Source: an uncultured virus (IMG/VR IMGVR_UViG_3300030107_002792)
Taxonomy: Duplodnaviria > Heunggongvirae > Uroviricota > Caudoviricetes > Kyanoviridae
Reading direction: 5' to 3' (one strand)
Length of the DNA: 64,000 nt
IMG/VR virus record: IMGVR_UViG_3300030107_002792
In this document: positions 22,001-28,000 of the stretch, in pieces
Layout of the letters: the number at the start of each line of letters is the position of its first letter
Position numbering within the stretch: the first letter of the stretch is position 1
Notes under the pieces: generated by a model
Seen by the model: only the letters and a program-made list of their open reading frames with translations
The model's database searches: none
What the model was told of the DNA's origin: nothing
Program-made: the position numbers and the translations under genes

Positions 22001-25000
22001 AGAGCAGTAACTGGAACTACTATTACTGTTAATGTTAACGGTGGACAAGGTGCTATTACCAATACTAATGCTCATACATTTGTATCTGCTACTGCTAATT
22101 GTATAACCTCTGGTCATGGAATGACTAATGGGTCTCCAATTAAGATTGCTGATAGTTCACTATCATTCAGTTGCACTGAAGGTAGTGGTGGTACATATGC
22201 ATACCCAAGAGCAACTGACCCAGTTTCTAAGAGATGGTTATTCATCAATAATGTAACTGATTCATCATTCGATGTTAATGTTCTAGATACAATTCCTTCA
22301 ACCAATGTAACTACACATACATGGATTAGTGCTGTTGCTAATGGTATTATTGAAGGTGATCCTATTGTCGGACAAGCAGTTCCTGTTGAATCTGTAACTT
22401 CTACAACTATTACAATTAATCCTCTTGATGGTGATGTTCCAACTAATACATCTGCTCATACATTTGAGAAGTTAAACACATATCAATTCCAACCATCTGC
22501 TATTACTTACACTCCATCGACAGGTGTAATGTCAGTAACTTCAACAGCTCATAAGATTGAAGAAAATGATAAGATCTTTATTAAGGATAATTCACTTTCA
22601 TTCAAGTGTAATATGGGTGATGATGCTGGTATTCATACTTATCCTCGTGAGTCAGATCCAGTTTCTAATAAGTGGATCACTGCTACCAATGTAACTGCAA
22701 ATACATTTGATGTTAATGTTGGTGCTACACCTAATATCTTCTTCACTCCTTCTGATGCGACATATAATCCAACAACAGGTATTATGTCACTTACGATTGG
22801 TAATCACGATCTAAGACCTGGTAGTAGTGTTAAGTTAAGTCAAGAATCATTAACATTTAAGTGTGCTCATGATTCATATGCAACTAACCATTCATATCCA
22901 AGAAATACAATATTAACTCACACACCAACTGATGCTGATTATCATCCTGATACAGGTATCATGACATTGACTGTCAATAATCATAAGATGGGTGATGGTG
23001 ATTGGGTCAAGATTGCTGATGGTGCTGTAACATTCAAATGCACATATGGTGCTGGTGTTCATACATGGACTGGTGGTACTGCAACTGGTGCTGTTCAAGT
23101 TCAAGAAGCAGGTTTAGGAAACTTTGATGTTACTGGTGCTGACTATAATGCCTTAACAGGTGATATGGTATTGACAGTTGGATCTCATTCAATTACAACT
23201 GGTAACACAGTTAAGATTGTTGCTAACTCATTAACATTCAGTTGTGATCTTGATGCTAACGCAACGAACCACACATATCCTCGTGCAACTGACCCTGCAT
23301 ATGATACTGCTCTTGCAATATCTGCTGTAAGTGGTACAACAATTACAGTTAACGTTGGTGTAAGTTCACCTGGAACTGCATATCCTCGTGCTTCTGATCC
23401 TGTTAGTGGTAAGTGGATTAAGGTATCTAATACAACTACAAATACATTTGATGTTCAACTTTTAGACATCGTTCCTTCAACAAACACAAGTATTCATACA
23501 TTTGTTTCTGCTGTTACTAATGGAATTAGTCAGAAGAAAGATAGTGCTTATGATTCTCCAATTGAGATTGTTGATACTACTGCTACAACTATTGATCTTA
23601 AAGTTGTTAAGAAATTACCTTCAACAAACACAACCAATCATATATTTGTATCTGCTGCATCTAATGCGGTCATATCTGGTGGTTCATATACACACACCTT
23701 TGTTACAGCAGACCCAGATGCTATTACTAGATCTATAGTACATACTGGTGGTAATTATAATCATGTATTTACATCATCCTTGACTGATGGTGTAATAACT
23801 GGTGGTAACTATGTTCACACCTTTGTATCTGCTGAAACTAACGGTATTAAATGTGCTGGTGATTCAGTTTATCTAACTCCTGGATCACTTACATTTAAGT
23901 GTGCTCAGGATAATTATGATAGACCTACTGCATATCCTAGAACCACAGATCCTTCTTACAATCAACTATTAGAAATTAAAGAGGTAACTGGTGATACATT
24001 TACTATTGATGTTGGTGCTGCTGCAGATAAGAATCAATATGCTCATACATGGGTAAGTTCTGCACAGGGTGCTGTTAAGAAGTCTGATTACAATCTTAGA
24101 GATTGCACAGATGTATTCACTACAGTTGGTAACTTAGTTGACATACTTACAGATACACTAACAAATGCTAATGCAACTCCTGTTGTTGATCATCTAGCAA
24201 GTGTTACTAAGGTTACACCACCTTATAAGTTCTACGGTGCAACTGTTGATGCATTTAATGAGACTCCATTCCCAGTATCATATCATAGTTCTGCTAACGA
24301 TATTATCGTTACAAATCAAATTGATGAAGATACTCAATATAGATTCCGTGATGCTGCATACTTAATTCGTGCAAATGCTGGTGTTATCGTTGATAAGGCA
24401 TCATATGATATGCTTCAACGTTATCCAGATCTTGCTATTAGTATGCCAAGAAATGCTAATGGAACATCTACAGATGGTACTGTTCGTTGTAAGCAAGATT
24501 TACTTGAGATCGTTACTGCAATTGCTACTGATCTTGAAAATGGTGGTAACTTACAGACACTAAAAGCTGCTAAGTTCTATATCGGTGTTAACGGTGGATT
24601 ACAGCATATTCGTTTACAAGTATTCCAATCTGCATACGCACATACTCGCCTTGGAGTTTATCTTAAGCAAGCAATTACAGGTGATTTAACATACGATAAT
24701 ACTGATAATATTATTGTTCGTGACTGGGGTATTACTGATAATAGTAGTTCTGGTAACTGTGCTAATGTTCAAACTGCTATTGACACATTAATTACATCAG
24801 TTAATGATTTAATTGCACCTACAGATAGTGATTACGCACTTGCTGCAGATAGACTTTACTTCAATAAGGACTTCATTGCTGAAGAAATTACTGGTCTTAC
24901 AACCGCATACTTCACTTATGCATTGAATGGTGTTAATTATTCAGCACTTACATATCCTGGATCTACTGGAGAAACCACATGTCGTAGAGACCTTAAGTTA

Positions 25001-28000
25001 ATCTTAGATGGTATTATATCTGATTTACAAACTGGTGGTAATGAAAGTACTATTATTGCAATGGAGACATATTTGAGTGCTACATTGCAAATTGAGCAAG
25101 TTGATGATGAATTAGCAGCAACTATCTACGCTATTGATAGACTAAGACATATCGGTGAATTTGCTATTAAGGATAAAGTATTCTCACAAAATGAAGGATC
25201 AGGTGCTGCTGATGAATATGAAGCAGTTCATACTAACAGAGCAGAATATAGAGATGGATTAAGTGCAACTAATAATATCCTCAATCCTGTTTATCATTAC
25301 CGTGATCTTTGCGATATCGCAATTAATATTCTCGCTCCTGGTGGTAAGGCAGCAAGAAGTGCTGTTAAGCAACTTAAGTACAACCAAAATTACTATAAGG
25401 AAGAATTAACTACTCTTGTTAATTCACAGTTTGGTGCTGGATCTTGGACTTATAATACATTCATTGATGAAATGGTTGGTAATACTGTCCATGACATCAT
25501 TACAACTGACTTTAATAAGACAAGAATTGCTTACACTATACAATTATCTAATACATTCAATGAATATGTTGCTGGAGAAACTGTTGTTTCTAGTAACAAT
25601 GGTAAAGCAACTGTTCTAGAGTGGAATAGTGATGAAGAGATATTATATGTTTCTTCATGGACTGGTAATAAGTTTGAACCAACTCAGATATTAATTGGTG
25701 CAGATTCTAATGCATATGGAACTGTTGCTGCTAATGGAGTTAGTGCTCCATATACTTGGTATACAGAACCTGCTAATCTTAAAGCTATTAATTCTGCAAG
25801 ATTAATTACTTCTAATATTGCTGGTCAAATTGCTGGAACTAATATAGCATCTAACTCAGAAAACTTTACAACTGGATGGACAAATACAGGTACGTCTGTA
25901 TCTGCAGATCAACTTGATTCACCAGATAGCACAGCTACTGCAGATAAGATAATTGCTACTGCTGTTGCAGGTGAACACTTTATTCATCAAAACTTCTCTA
26001 TTAGTGCTTTTGAAACATTTGATAGTGATGCAGTTAAGTTTGATAACACTAATGAAACATTTGACACTGGTGCTGTTGGAACTGCTCAATCTCAGCAGTA
26101 TACATTCTCAGTCTTCTTGAAGAAGGGTGAATTTAATAGAGTTCGTGTTCAAATGGGTCTTGATACTGGAGCTGCTGGTGAACAGTTAGCATTCTTCGAT
26201 CTTAACCTTACAGATGGAACATTTGGTGGAATATTCACTCCTGGTAATGGTATTACGATTGATGCTTTTGGAACTATTCCTTATGGTAATGGTTGGTATA
26301 GAGCATACATTACAGGTACATTCTCCTTCGGATTTGGTGAAATTAGACCACTAATTTATGTTAGAGATGCTGCAGGTAATGCTCAGTATACTGGTGACGG
26401 TAGTTCTGGAGTATATGTTTGGGGTATGAAACTCTTTAAGGGTATTCTTGATCCTTATCAATCTGCTGCTGGTCAGGTATTCTATGCTGATACAGAGTAT
26501 AACATTAAGACTTACGCATTAGATCTATTACAAGATTATATGATTAAGGCACTTACAGGATCTCTAATATCACCTTCCACAAACTCAGGATTCTATTCAT
26601 ACTTTGATAATACACTTGATACTGATTATAAGTATCGCTCAATTGAAAGATTAGTTAGATATAACTTAAATATTATTCGCGAACAATTAACAGTTGATAG
26701 TTACTATACAACTCTTACTACAACGAATGGAGTTTCTATTCCTACTAAGACTTATGGAACTAGAAGTATTCCCGCAGGTATTACTGGTGGACTACAAAAT
26801 TCAATTTATGTTTATGGACTTCAAAGTGATGCTAATGCTGAAATTGAAGAAATTAGTGAGAACTCAGGTAAGGTTGTTCAAGTTTACCAGAGATTTAGAA
26901 TTGATGGTGATATAACTGACGGTCCATTCACTATGAATGAAGTAGTTGCTAAACTCGGTAATAATTCTATTACTGGTGTTGTTTATGGATACCATTTTGA
27001 TGAGAACTACAAGTACCTAGATGTTAAAGTTACTGCTGGTCCTTGGGCAGTTACAGACCAAGTTGTTGGTGCTACTAACTCAACTACTGCACAGATCAGT
27101 GCTATAGAAGATAGACTTCATATCATTGATGTTAAGGGACAATTTGAGAATGATATCCCATTCAAGGGTTATGCAAGTTCTGCTACAGCATCACCTACTG
27201 GTTACATTAAGGCAGAAGCTTCTATAACAGATAACACTGGTGGAACATTAACCGTTGATACTGAATCATTAACAGGAACATTTGAAGCAACATCTGTTGT
27301 TTACCCATCATCTTCGAGACAATATATAGACGTATCTAAATACGCTGGTCTTGATATAACGGTTGGTGATAGAATTGCTTCGGGTGGATATAAGAGATTT
27401 GGTATTTCTGTTCTAAGTGGACTTAATAGTTTCACTCAAGGTAATAGACTTTATAAGGTTGTTTCTGGTATTCAAGATCCTCTCACATACGGTATTATCA
27501 CTGAAGTTGATCTTGATAATAGTTACATCTATGTCGCAGAATACCAAGGAACATTTACGCAGGGTGATGTTATAGGTGACTATGGCACAAATGCTTCGTT
27601 CCCGATTGGTTACGCAACAATTCTAACGATTGTTACTACTCAAGGTGCTGCTGCAGGACTCGTACAGGATATTCGTGATATTGCTCTGAATAAGAGAATA
27701 TATCTCACAGACGTAGCAGGAACATTTGACGATAAAGATTACATTATCGGTCCTGACGCTTACAGGTCTGTAGTTCTTGGAATCACTGAAATTAAGGCAC
27801 GTGTTAAGCGTTCCTTCAAGGGATTTGATGGAACTACAACTACGTTCCCACTAACAATTAATACAGGAACATCTTACTTACCTGATCCTGCAGGTCATAT
27901 GTTAATATTCCTTAATGGTATTCTACAACCTCCAGGCGCAACTAACGCATATACAGCGTTCTCCAACCAGATTCAGTTTACTGAAGCACCAGAACTAGGT

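Noticed and set aside
17420..24085. CRISPR array or assembly-collapse artefact as an explanation for the repeats
   Set aside because: The repeats are in-frame protein modules, diverged at DNA level apart from short irregular patches; there is no constant repeat-spacer periodicity, and the bracket order is too coherent for misassembly.
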